Source of the DNA: Candidatus Woesearchaeota archaeon
Lineage (GTDB): Archaea > Nanobdellota > Nanobdellia > Pacearchaeales > GW2011-AR1
Assembly: GCA_964608525.1 (NCBI GenBank)
Contig: CAZSNJ010000003.1
Coordinates: forward strand, 1 to 39,315
DNA length: 39,315 nucleotides
Direction of reading: 5' to 3'
Shown here: piece after piece, positions 1 through 9,163 of the stretch
How the letters are laid out: each line of letters starts with the position of its first letter
Numbering within the stretch: position 1 is the stretch's first letter
Position numbers and translations under genes: made by a program
Notes under the pieces: model-generated
Told to the model about the DNA's origin: nothing
Databases searched by the model: none
The model's input: only the letters and a program-made list of their open reading frames with translations

Positions 1-30
1 TTATTTAAAGATAATTTAACTTTAAATAAA

Positions 31-198
31 ATGAAGAAGATTGTTGTTTTTATTGTATGTGTACTTTTAATTTCTCCAATGTTAATGTTATTAAAAAGGG
101 GAAGAAAACCTTGGTTTTTTTGTTTTAATAGAGAATGTGAAACTAATAAAAAAAGAATTGAAGAATATAATAAGAAAAAAGAAGAATCTAATAATTAA
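31..198 (+). pseudogene. 55-aa chimeric ORF: signal-peptide-like start joined to a segment resembling the C-terminal tail of archaeal DNA topoisomerase I
   Basis: Translates MKKIVVFIVCVLLIS-PMLMLLKRGRKPWFFCFNRECETNKKRIEEY...; TATA (TATTTAAA 2-9) lies 21 nt before the ATG; the second half resembles the TopA terminal Zn-ribbon remnant (recalled, not searched). Confidence 0.4.
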
Positions 199-207
199 TA
201 TTTAAAA

Positions 208-399
208 TTATATACGTCTTTTTTTCTTTCTTGCTGGTTTTTTTGTTTTAGGCATCTCACAATTTTTACATCCAAGTGCATGTATTAAAAGTAATACTGC
301 AGAAATTACTATAATCCATTGAGAGTATGTTGTTTGCCAAAAAGCAAAGATTATTATCAATAACCCCAAAACAATTTCAGTTGCTTTACAATTACACAT
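208..399 (-). CDS. small two-TM membrane protein with basic tail
   Basis: MCNCKATEIVLGLLIIIFAFW...WIIVISAVLLLIHALG; SD-like AGAGGA upstream of the ATG at 399. Confidence 0.7.
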   Translation of the reverse strand: MCNCKATEIVLGLLIIIFAFWQTTYSQWIIVISAVLLLIHALGCKNCEMPKTKKPARKKKRRI

Positions 400-482
400 T
401 TTATCCTCTTTTTGATAATAAATTATATCACAAACCATTAATAAATGTATTGTATGTTATTTAAAACTCTCTTTTATATAAA

Positions 483-1067
483 TTAATTAGGAAAAAATAT
501 GCTATCTGCTTCCAGACCTATTTTCTGTGATTCTTTAGTTGCCTGTTCATCTTGAAAATCTTTATACAAAAAATCAGCAAATCTTTTTATTTCTTTTTTA
601 GCAAATTTACCAAAATCTTTAACATCAAGCATCTCTTCTGCTCCAAAATAAAAAACTTCCTTTAAGTATTTTTTGTTAGACATATCGAATAAATATGTTC
701 CCTTATATAAAACAGTCATTCCCAAAGTAGATTCTGCTGAACCACAATTTACTTCATAATCATGTCTTCCTAAATTTCTTAATCTTAAGCTTATTAATTC
801 CTCTGAAAAACTTCCCCATAAATCATCACTTCTTTTTTGAGTTTGTCTTATATACCATTCTAATCTTTTTGTTCCTTTGGGATTAATAAAAAAATTCCTA
901 GAATTGTAATTACTCAAAGTATTTGGAAACGAGAAAATAGAAAGTTTTCCTTCATAAGACTCCTTTTCTAAAATAAAAAGTGCTTTCTCAACTCTATCTC
1001 TTTGTTTTAATTTTCTTAATACCTTTTTTGTAACAGGCATTAAATTCTTTGGAATTATTTTTTGCAT
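483..1067 (-). CDS. hypothetical protein
   Basis: 194-aa ORF; TATA-like octamer (1089-1096) 21 nt upstream. Confidence 0.7.
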   Translation of the reverse strand: MQKIIPKNLMPVTKKVLRKLKQRDRVEKALFILEKESYEGKLSIFSFPNTLSNYNSRNFFINPKGTKRLEWYIRQTQKRSDDLWGSFSEELISLRLRNLGRHDYEVNCGSAESTLGMTVLYKGTYLFDMSNKKYLKEVFYFGAEEMLDVKDFGKFAKKEIKRFADFLYKDFQDEQATKESQKIGLEADSIFFPN

Positions 1068-1122
1068 ATCAAATTTTACTATTATAGATATAAAAAGATT
1101 TAGCTAATAAAATATATAAAAT

Positions 1123-1458
1123 CTAATCCCATTGTTTGTTTAAAATTTTCCTTACTAATATGTATCCCGAATCATCTCCAGGTTGTCCCGGAATAGCTAA
1201 TGTATGAATAACCGCCTCGGTATAATCTTCAAACTCTCCATCATAATTTGGAGGACAGCCATATAATGTCCACCTTATTTCTTTTCCTTCGTGAGGTCCC
1301 CATCTTAAATCTTTCCATCCTAATTTCAATAATCTTTTTTCTAAGATTGTTAATTCTCTTTTTTTAATTCTCCCATCTCTTTTTCTAATCCCAAGATATT
1401 TTCTATTAAATGCTTCCAAGAAATATTCAGCAGCACTATATTTAGGAAATTTTATCAT
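1123..1458 (-). CDS. hypothetical protein
   Basis: ORF coupled to the radB stop by an ATGA overlap at 1455-1458. Confidence 0.7.
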   Translation of the reverse strand: MIKFPKYSAAEYFLEAFNRKYLGIRKRDGRIKKRELTILEKRLLKLGWKDLRWGPHEGKEIRWTLYGCPPNYDGEFEDYTEAVIHTLAIPGQPGDDSGYILVRKILNKQWD

Positions 1459-2177
1459 ATCCAACCCCTCTTAAAAATTCCTTTTTCTCTAATATCAAAA
1501 TTCAATTCTTTATTTGGTAAACTTCTATGTTTTAATAAAATAGCTTTCTTTTTTCTATTATCTTTTTTTAATTCAATTATACATTTACTCCAGTACTTGA
1601 ATAAATCTCCTCCAACAATATTAACTTCTTTTTCCACGCCCTTTTTCCAATCTTCTTCAGACAAAAAACCACTATAAACTTGATTAGTAATAATAATTGG
1701 AATTTTTTGTTTTCTTGAAATTTCTGAGAGAATTCTCATTTGTCCTGAAACATCTCTATTAAGTTCTTTAATATTTCCTTTTGACTTTACTGCATCACCT
1801 AATTCAAGTCTATAAAGCATTGCAATTCCATCAATAATAATTAAACTTACATGATCTTTTTTTATTTCATTTAATAATTTTAAAAAACATTTTTTTTGCT
1901 CTTCAAAATTAGTAGGTTCGAGTAAAAATATATTCTTTAATATATCTTCATAATTTTCCCCAACAATTTGTTTAACTCTCTCTACAGAAAATCCTCCCTC
2001 TGTATCAATAAAAATAACTTTATTTTCTTTTTTTGCTTGACTACAGGCAGTTAAAATGCACATATTTGTTTTTCCGCATCCAGGAGGGCCAGCAATCATT
2101 GTAATTACATCTTTTTCATAACCTCCATAAAGCCATTTATTTAAATCATAACTTCCTGTTGAAATTTTATTACTCAT
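1455..2177 (-). CDS. radB: DNA repair/recombination protein RadB
   Basis: RecA-fold: GPPGCGKT Walker A, IDTEGG, ITNQV, C-terminal KHR; lacks the RadA N-terminal domain. Confidence 0.92.
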   Translation of the reverse strand: MSNKISTGSYDLNKWLYGGYEKDVITMIAGPPGCGKTNMCILTACSQAKKENKVIFIDTEGGFSVERVKQIVGENYEDILKNIFLLEPTNFEEQKKCFLKLLNEIKKDHVSLIIIDGIAMLYRLELGDAVKSKGNIKELNRDVSGQMRILSEISRKQKIPIIITNQVYSGFLSEEDWKKGVEKEVNIVGGDLFKYWSKCIIELKKDNRKKKAILLKHRSLPNKELNFDIREKGIFKRGWI

Positions 2178-2224
2178 AACTAAAAAGAAAAAAGAGTATT
2201 AATAAAAATTATTATACTATAGAT

Positions 2225-2488
2225 TTACTTTAATTTCTTAAAATCAACTTCCAATTTATCTAAATCTTTAGTAACTGCAAGAACCGCATCATTTATTGCT
2301 TTTTTTGCTGTTTTTCCAGATGTCTTAACTAAAAGAATAGGATTTTTTGTAGGATGTTCTCTTTTCCAAGCTGCAAAATTAACAGAAGAGTCTTTATTTA
2401 GATAAACTCTTAATAGTTCTATAATTGTTATACTTTCAAATTCAACTTCTATTTCATCTTTTGAACTTCTAAGAATATTAATTTCCAT
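2225..2488 (-). CDS. rpoL: DNA-directed RNA polymerase subunit L (Rpo11)
   Basis: 87 aa, V.FAAW..EHP motif; start refined to ATG 2488 by TTTATAAA (2510-2517) 21 nt upstream. Confidence 0.85.
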   Translation of the reverse strand: MEINILRSSKDEIEVEFESITIIELLRVYLNKDSSVNFAAWKREHPTKNPILLVKTSGKTAKKAINDAVLAVTKDLDKLEVDFKKLK

Positions 2489-2525
2489 ATAAGAAAACCT
2501 TAAACTTTGTTTATAAATATTTTGT

Positions 2526-3236
2526 TTACTTCCTTCCAAAAATTAAATCATCAATTTCCTCATTAGATAAATCTTCTTTTTCAATATATTCATTTCCGAG
2601 TATTTTTGACTCTCTTTTTTCTTTCATTTCCTGTAAATCTGAAATAGTTAATTCTTTTGTTGTATCCTCATCAAGATCAAATTTTTTTTGTTCTTTGATT
2701 TTTTCTGCTATTTCTGGTTTTAAAAGCCTAATTTTTAAGTAATTTTCAAGCTTAATAATAAATCTAAAATTATCCTCTGGAAAAACACCCTTTTCCACCA
2801 TTTGAATTGCTATAACAGGTTCTTCAATTTCTTTTGCTAATTGCTCTTGTGTTAATTTTTTAGATCTTCTAGCTCTCATAATAATCCAATGAAAATTATT
2901 AATCAAATCATCTTTTGATTTTTCTTCTTGTTTAAAATTCATTCTAAAATTCTTATCAACGATATCTTTCAAACTAGTTTCTTGTTTCTTTAATAATTCT
3001 TTTTTTTGTTCAAAAATATTTTGTTTTCTATCAACTCCAGAAATCTTAGAAATTCTATCATAAACTGTTTGGTTTTTTTCAGATTCTTTAAGTTTTAAAG
3101 TGTTTGGCTTTTTAATAATTGGAATATTTTCTTTTAATGAACATCTTCTACAAATTTTAATAATTCCATCAACAGACACTGCATCAAATAATAAAGTCCT
3201 TTCACCTAATGCAAAACATTTATAGCACTCATCCAT
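2526..3236 (-). CDS. aMBF1-like Zn-ribbon + XRE HTH protein
   Basis: N-terminal CxxC...CxxC; HTH ARRSKKLTQEQLAKEI...IQMVEKG. Confidence 0.75.
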   Translation of the reverse strand: MDECYKCFALGERTLLFDAVSVDGIIKICRRCSLKENIPIIKKPNTLKLKESEKNQTVYDRISKISGVDRKQNIFEQKKELLKKQETSLKDIVDKNFRMNFKQEEKSKDDLINNFHWIIMRARRSKKLTQEQLAKEIEEPVIAIQMVEKGVFPEDNFRFIIKLENYLKIRLLKPEIAEKIKEQKKFDLDEDTTKELTISDLQEMKEKRESKILGNEYIEKEDLSNEEIDDLIFGRK

Positions 3237-3285
3237 AAGATAAATCAACTAAATATCTTTTTTAATATTTGTATTCTAAAAAATA

Positions 3286-3939
3286 TTAATTCAAATACTC
3301 TTTAATTTTGCTTAAATCTTCTAATTTTTTTATAATCAATGACTCATCAACAATTACAGATGTTCCATTTACACCATAATTTTTAGTTAAAAGTTCTATA
3401 GAAATTAAATCCATATTTCTTGCAATTGGAATTAAAATGATTTCATTTCCAAATTCATCCTTTAATTCTTCTAAATATTTAGAAAAAACAGCTTGTTTAT
3501 TTTTTTGTTCTAAATCCTCAGATCCATAATCATATAAATAAACAACAGTATGAAAATCTTTTCCACATTTCTCTTTAATTTTAATGCTATTAATCCAAAA
3601 TAAAGTTCTTAGTAAGTCATATTTTTTATGTTCTTGAATAATATAATTTGTCAATCTATTTGCACTTTCATATCTATCTAGTATTTTTGCATCCTCATAA
3701 ACTTTATCTCCGAATTCTATATCTTTTACTATTGCTTCCTTACAATTTAAATCCTCTAAATCAAGTATTTGTGTTTGAACTTTTACATCTAAAAGATTCA
3801 AATCAGAAATTAAATACATCTCGGAGATTTTTTCAGATCTCCAATTTTCCAGAACAACTCCTAAAAATACACCTATTCCAAATATTAGAATTGTAACAAA
3901 TAATGCTTCCCAAAAAACATGCTTTTGTGATTTTAACAT
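3286..3939 (-). CDS. conserved membrane-anchored hypothetical protein (possible thioredoxin-like C-terminus)
   Basis: N-terminal TM helix; VVYLY...YGV..TSVIVD pattern. Confidence 0.65.
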   Translation of the reverse strand: MLKSQKHVFWEALFVTILIFGIGVFLGVVLENWRSEKISEMYLISDLNLLDVKVQTQILDLEDLNCKEAIVKDIEFGDKVYEDAKILDRYESANRLTNYIIQEHKKYDLLRTLFWINSIKIKEKCGKDFHTVVYLYDYGSEDLEQKNKQAVFSKYLEELKDEFGNEIILIPIARNMDLISIELLTKNYGVNGTSVIVDESLIIKKLEDLSKIKEYLN

Positions 3940-3999
3940 ATTTAAATTTCTCCAAAATTTTCTTGAAATTTAGATATTTGAAAATTTATTTTCATTATT

Positions 4000-5229
4000 T
4001 TATCTCCATACCATTTTCCCATTTATAAAATACCATATTGCATTAATCATGATAAAGGGATAGGATATTAAGTAAATAGTCATATAAAAAGGAATATTTA
4101 AAAGATTCTCTTTTTTCAATATTTTTTCATTTAATATAGATAACATCAATAATGTGAATATTAATCCTAAGATAAATAAAATTACGCCAAGATAATTTAA
4201 AATACTAGGCGTTATATAGAAGTCATCTAAACTCAAAATAGGGGTTCCAACAAGAATAGAATACTTAGTTAATAAAAAATTAGAAATAATTCTTGAAATT
4301 AAAAGATAGAAAAATATGCTTAATCCAAGTAATCCTAAAAAAGTATTTAATATAAAAAAAGGCATAATAAACCATCCTAACATTCCTTTTTTTCCGAGTG
4401 AATGCCTATATTTGGAAATACATTGTAATCCTCCAATATTCCATCTTCTTCTTTGAACAAACCAGGCTTTAAATTTTGTCGGAACAGTTGTTGTTACATT
4501 TGTAGATAAACACATTCTTCTATCCCATCCATCATTGGTTAAATGCCAAGTAGCTTCAATATCTTCTGTTAGATTTTTTACATCAAACCCTTTAATTTCA
4601 ATAAGTGCTTTTTTCCTATATAATGCTAAAGGTCCAGGTGTTACATAAATTGCATCAACATAATCTAAAAGTTTTCTTGAAAGTGCAATAACTTTATATT
4701 CAATAGCTTGTAATTTCTCAAAAAATTTATTTCTATTTCTAGCAATAATAGGGCATGTTACAGCTCCAACATCTGAATCATCAAAAAATCCAATCATTTT
4801 GTTAATAGATTCTTTTTCAGGATAAGAATCCGCATCAACAACAGCAATTAATTCTCCTTTTGAAATCTTTAATGCTCTATTTAAACTTCCTGCTTTTCCT
4901 AAATTTTTTAGATTATTAAGAATTTTTATTTTAGGGTATTTTTTAGCTAATTGTTTTGCTATTTTGAGAGTATTATCAGAACTTTTATCATTTACAATAA
5001 TAACTTCTAGAATATTTTTATAATTTATATCAAAAATATGTTTGATAGTGTCACTAATTGTTTTTTCTTCATTATATCCAGGAACAATAAAACTAATAGA
5101 ATATTTTTTTTTAGATTCAGGATATTTAAACAAAGTTTTTCTATTTTGAATGTAAATTAAAAGAAAAAAACTAAGCATATAAAGGGAGATAAACATATAT
5201 GTCAAATATACATAAGGCAATATTTCCAT
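4000..5229 (-). CDS. GT2 processive glycosyltransferase (cellulose/PNAG synthase-like)
   Basis: VPGYNEE, DADS, TED and QRRRW motifs; flanking TM helices. Confidence 0.88.
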   Translation of the reverse strand: MEILPYVYLTYMFISLYMLSFFLLIYIQNRKTLFKYPESKKKYSISFIVPGYNEEKTISDTIKHIFDINYKNILEVIIVNDKSSDNTLKIAKQLAKKYPKIKILNNLKNLGKAGSLNRALKISKGELIAVVDADSYPEKESINKMIGFFDDSDVGAVTCPIIARNRNKFFEKLQAIEYKVIALSRKLLDYVDAIYVTPGPLALYRKKALIEIKGFDVKNLTEDIEATWHLTNDGWDRRMCLSTNVTTTVPTKFKAWFVQRRRWNIGGLQCISKYRHSLGKKGMLGWFIMPFFILNTFLGLLGLSIFFYLLISRIISNFLLTKYSILVGTPILSLDDFYITPSILNYLGVILFILGLIFTLLMLSILNEKILKKENLLNIPFYMTIYLISYPFIMINAIWYFINGKMVWR

Positions 5230-5230
5230 T

Positions 5231-5773
5231 TTATTTTATAGGCTCTTCTATTTTTTTCAATGGATTATCATAATCATTAATATTAAAATAATCATAAAAA
5301 TCATCACTTAAACTTAATTCATGTGTATGACCTATTTTTTTCTTTTTTAATAAGTTAAGTTCAACAAATTTTTTTATATGATCATATGCCTTATTTCCAC
5401 GAATCTTAATTATAACTGATTGCTTTATTGGTTGTTTATATGCAATAATTCCCAAAGTCTCTTGTTCTGCTCTTGAAAACTCAGCAGAACCTGTTGCGAG
5501 TTTATTTATAATAGAGGAATATTCTTGCCGAACATCCATTTTCCATAAATTACTTTTTTCAATGATTTCAATTGCTGAATCTTCTTTTCCATATTTTTCC
5601 TTAAGTTTTTCTATTAACTCCTTAATTATAAGAGGATTTAAGTCTGTTAAAGAGATTAATTCTTGCATTGACAAGAATCTTCCAGATACAAAAAAAACAG
5701 CCTCTAATTTTTTAATATCCTCTTTTTCCTTGGATTCATCAATTTCATTAATTGTTTTACTACTAATATCCAT
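5231..5773 (-). CDS. scpB: SMC-ScpAB complex subunit ScpB
   Basis: LEAVFFVSG, ETLGIIAYKQPI..S.I..IRG, F.DYF motifs. Confidence 0.9.
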   Translation of the reverse strand: MDISSKTINEIDESKEKEDIKKLEAVFFVSGRFLSMQELISLTDLNPLIIKELIEKLKEKYGKEDSAIEIIEKSNLWKMDVRQEYSSIINKLATGSAEFSRAEQETLGIIAYKQPIKQSVIIKIRGNKAYDHIKKFVELNLLKKKKIGHTHELSLSDDFYDYFNINDYDNPLKKIEEPIK

Positions 5774-5870
5774 AGCAAAAATAAGAGAAATGTGTTTAAA
5801 AATATAGAGTATCTATTTTTGAAGAATAGTTAAATTTAAAAAGAAAATAAAGAGTTAAAATCTACTAAAA

Positions 5871-6860
5871 ATGTCAAACAGATCAATTCAAGGATTCCTA
5901 AAACATGTAGCTAATTACTTTAAAGAGGAACCTTTAGTACGTTTCAATCCAGATTATGCAATCTTACCAATCTTTTCAGGACCATTAGATTTAAAAAATC
6001 CTCTTGAAATGAGATTTCCTTATTCAAATCCAAGAGCTATAAGTATCTTTCCTAAACTTAGAAATGAAAAAATAATTAGGATATTTGATCATGTTTTAGA
6101 TGATAAAAATTTAACATCTAAAGAATTTAATAAATTTATTCTGAAAGGTGAAATAGAGTTAGAAGGAAAAATTGATGAAAGAGAAGTAAAGTATTATTCC
6201 AGAATAATAAAAGAAGATAATCTAGTTCAAGCAATTATTGCAAATGATCTTGATGAATTAAGATTAATAAAAAATAGATTAAGTAATACAATTATTGGAC
6301 TGGGAGATATTTTTGAGTTTAGAGATCCTGAAACAGGAATGCATTCAAGAAGGATTAACCATTATGCAGGAAAACTAGCTGAGATGTGTGGAGCAAATCA
6401 GAAATTTATCAAAGAAATTAAGATACAAGCAGGACTTCATGATGCTGGCAAAATGGGAATTTCTGATAAGATTTTATTAAAAAAAGGTGAATTAACTAAA
6501 GAGGAATGGCTTGAAATGAAAGAACATTCAAAACTAGGATATAATATTTTAAATAGATTTGATGGATTAAAGCTTGGAGCAGAAATAGCATTATATCATC
6601 ACGAAAAATGGGACGGAACAGGTTATCCAAAAGGAGTAATAGGTAAAAACATCCCTCTCTCAGGAAGAATAGTTGCACTTGTTGATGTATTTGATGCACT
6701 TAAGTCAAAAAGACCTTATAAAGATATTTTTTCTGATGATAAAACTAAAGATATAATTTACAAAGGAAAAGCAAATCATTTTGACCCGAACTTAAATGAA
6801 AAATTTTTAGATGATTATAAGAGTTTTAAGGAGATTCTGGAGAGATATCAAGACAGATAA
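5871..6860 (+). CDS. HD-GYP domain phosphodiesterase with divergent (possibly PAS-like) N-terminus
   Basis: RDPETGMHSRR, LHDAGK, HHEKWDGTGYP, DVFDAL..KRPYK. Confidence 0.9.
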   Translation: MSNRSIQGFLKHVANYFKEEPLVRFNPDYAILPIFSGPLDLKNPLEMRFPYSNPRAISIFPKLRNEKIIRIFDHVLDDKNLTSKEFNKFILKGEIELEGKIDEREVKYYSRIIKEDNLVQAIIANDLDELRLIKNRLSNTIIGLGDIFEFRDPETGMHSRRINHYAGKLAEMCGANQKFIKEIKIQAGLHDAGKMGISDKILLKKGELTKEEWLEMKEHSKLGYNILNRFDGLKLGAEIALYHHEKWDGTGYPKGVIGKNIPLSGRIVALVDVFDALKSKRPYKDIFSDDKTKDIIYKGKANHFDPNLNEKFLDDYKSFKEILERYQDR

Positions 6861-6881
6861 ATAAAATTTTGTTTACAAAAT

Positions 6882-7970
6882 TTAAACTTTAAATCTTAAA
6901 ATAGCACCAATTCCAGATAGTTTTTGGAATTGGTCTCCTTCTTCTGTATCTGTTGAAATAATTTCAACTTTGGATGACATATCTCTTGCCTTTCTTTTTA
7001 AATCTTTTACTGTATCTTTATCAAAATTCTTTGATAAAAGAAGAATTTTAACAGCCCCATATTCTAGTGCTTTTCGAATATCTTTTTCTTTGTAAAGAGC
7101 CATATCTGGCTTTTCACCCAAAGTTTCAAAGAAATTTTCTAAAAGCTTTTTTTCATAAACTATTTCTTGATTAGATAAAATATCTTTTGATTTTTCAACA
7201 AGTTCTTTTAATCCAGATTCATCAGAATTACCAATATCTATTCTTCCAATAACTTTTTCACTTAATTTTGTAACCATATATTTTCCATCTAGAAATTCAT
7301 CTTTTGTTGGAATTGGTCCTCCTACTAATATACCTTGTAATTTTTTATTATCAAAAAATATTTTTCTCATTTCATCCGCAATTCTTTTGTAAAATTCTTT
7401 TGTTAATCCTTCTGTTATTCTATGAAATCTCTGACTTGATTGACCACCAGCTCTAACTTTACCAGGAATTCCTGATGTCATTTTTTGTAAAACTTCTATT
7501 CTTTTACCTTCTAGTAATCCAATTGTTGCTTCTTTTCGATCCATAACAAGAAGTCCAAAAACCTCACTAACTGCAAGTTGTTCTTTTAAAGTATCTAAAA
7601 CAAATTCTTTATCACATCTATATAATCTTATTTTTAATGGCATTGGAGGCTCAATATCCCACAACTGCAAATCATCTTGACCTTCTTTTTTAGATACATT
7701 TCCACAAAATAATGCAAGACCATTTTTTGGTGTTTTTTTAAGTGTTTTTAAATGTCTTACAATTTTATCTAGTGCATCACTAACATTTTTTCTAGTGGAA
7801 GTTGATTTTATATTTTTTGCAGTTGATTTTTCTGCTTCAAGTTGTTTTTGAACAGAATTTACATCATATCCTGAAGAGATATAAACACTAATTAATTCAG
7901 TATGTCTCCCTTTGTATTTTTCAAGTTCTTCTAATATTTCTTCAAGTTCTAATTTTGTTAATTGTGTCAT
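6882..7970 (-). CDS. prf1: peptide chain release factor aRF1
   Basis: NIKS, YRCDKEF, GGQS, GIGAILRF motifs. Confidence 0.95.
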   Translation of the reverse strand: MTQLTKLELEEILEELEKYKGRHTELISVYISSGYDVNSVQKQLEAEKSTAKNIKSTSTRKNVSDALDKIVRHLKTLKKTPKNGLALFCGNVSKKEGQDDLQLWDIEPPMPLKIRLYRCDKEFVLDTLKEQLAVSEVFGLLVMDRKEATIGLLEGKRIEVLQKMTSGIPGKVRAGGQSSQRFHRITEGLTKEFYKRIADEMRKIFFDNKKLQGILVGGPIPTKDEFLDGKYMVTKLSEKVIGRIDIGNSDESGLKELVEKSKDILSNQEIVYEKKLLENFFETLGEKPDMALYKEKDIRKALEYGAVKILLLSKNFDKDTVKDLKRKARDMSSKVEIISTDTEEGDQFQKLSGIGAILRFKV

Positions 7971-8005
7971 AATTTATAGAAAAAAGAGATGTTTATAAAA
8001 TTTGG

Positions 8006-9109
8006 TTAAACAACTATTTTATATCCTGAAAGAGCATCTAATATTTCTCCTCTTGCATCTTTAATTTCTGGAATAGGGGAACCAGTAATTGTTTCTACAA
8101 TATCTTTGTAAGTCTGTGAGACTTTCATCATTTCCTTAACAGGAACTCTATATTCTGTAGCAAGTTTCTTTCGTTCACTCATTCTTTCTTTATTTAATAG
8201 AATCTCTTTATCTAAACCTGATTCTTCTAAAAGAAACTTTCTAAATCCTTCTTTAGATTTTTCTATAATTTCTCCTTTCTTATAAGATTCAGCATTCCAT
8301 ATTCTTGCAGAATCCGGAGTTGGAGGCTCATCAATATAAATCATCTTTGAATTACCCCTTACATCTTTAACATATCCAAATTCTTTTTTCTCATCTACAA
8401 GAATTAGTCCTTTTCCTTGAAGTTCACTACTAGCTACTTTAAATCCTTCAATTAGAAATTTTTCATATTGTGGGACACCCTCTGGAGATTTAAATCCAAA
8501 TGCCTGAAAATTATCTAATATCTGTTGTCTTGTAATATTAACATCATCATCTTCTGGAACTCCAGAAATTCCTTTTAATATGCCTTTTGTTGAAGGCGTA
8601 ATTAGAAGTTTGCCAAGCTTTTGATTTTTTTTAAGATCCTCTGGAAGAATTATTCCACAGAATTCTCTTTTTCCTTTTTCATAAGCTCTCCACATACTTC
8701 CAGTAATATACTGCCTTGCTATTGCTTCAATCATAATTGGTTTTGCTTTTTGAACAATCCAAACTAAAGGATGAGGAGAATCTAAAACATGATTTCCTGC
8801 AAGTCCGGCCTCATCAAATTTTTTAAACCAATATTTTGAAACTGCATTAAGTGAAGCACCTTTTCCAGGAACTCCTTGAAGTCCATCTTCTCCTTGCCAA
8901 TTACATTCAAATGCAGAAATCTTATCACTTATAATCATTACTCCTAAAAGAGATTCAGGAGATATTGTATATTGTTTTTGTTCAATTATTCTTTTACTAT
9001 CTTTTTTTGTTAACCAATAAACAGACCTTACTTTTCCAGAGTGCACATCGCCTTCATGTTTTAGTGAAAAATCATTAGTTTTTGCAAGTGCTAAATGTTC
9101 TAAAGACAT
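8006..9109 (-). CDS. purC: SAICAR synthetase, long (367-aa) bacterial type
   Basis: HSGKVRSVY, SDKISAF, YITGSMWRAY, ITPSTK, KEFG, DE..TPDS.RIW. Confidence 0.88.
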   Translation of the reverse strand: MSLEHLALAKTNDFSLKHEGDVHSGKVRSVYWLTKKDSKRIIEQKQYTISPESLLGVMIISDKISAFECNWQGEDGLQGVPGKGASLNAVSKYWFKKFDEAGLAGNHVLDSPHPLVWIVQKAKPIMIEAIARQYITGSMWRAYEKGKREFCGIILPEDLKKNQKLGKLLITPSTKGILKGISGVPEDDDVNITRQQILDNFQAFGFKSPEGVPQYEKFLIEGFKVASSELQGKGLILVDEKKEFGYVKDVRGNSKMIYIDEPPTPDSARIWNAESYKKGEIIEKSKEGFRKFLLEESGLDKEILLNKERMSERKKLATEYRVPVKEMMKVSQTYKDIVETITGSPIPEIKDARGEILDALSGYKIVV

Positions 9110-9163
9110 ATTTATTTAATAAAAAGTTAATTTAAAAATATTTATCTAGTAGAATATATAATA

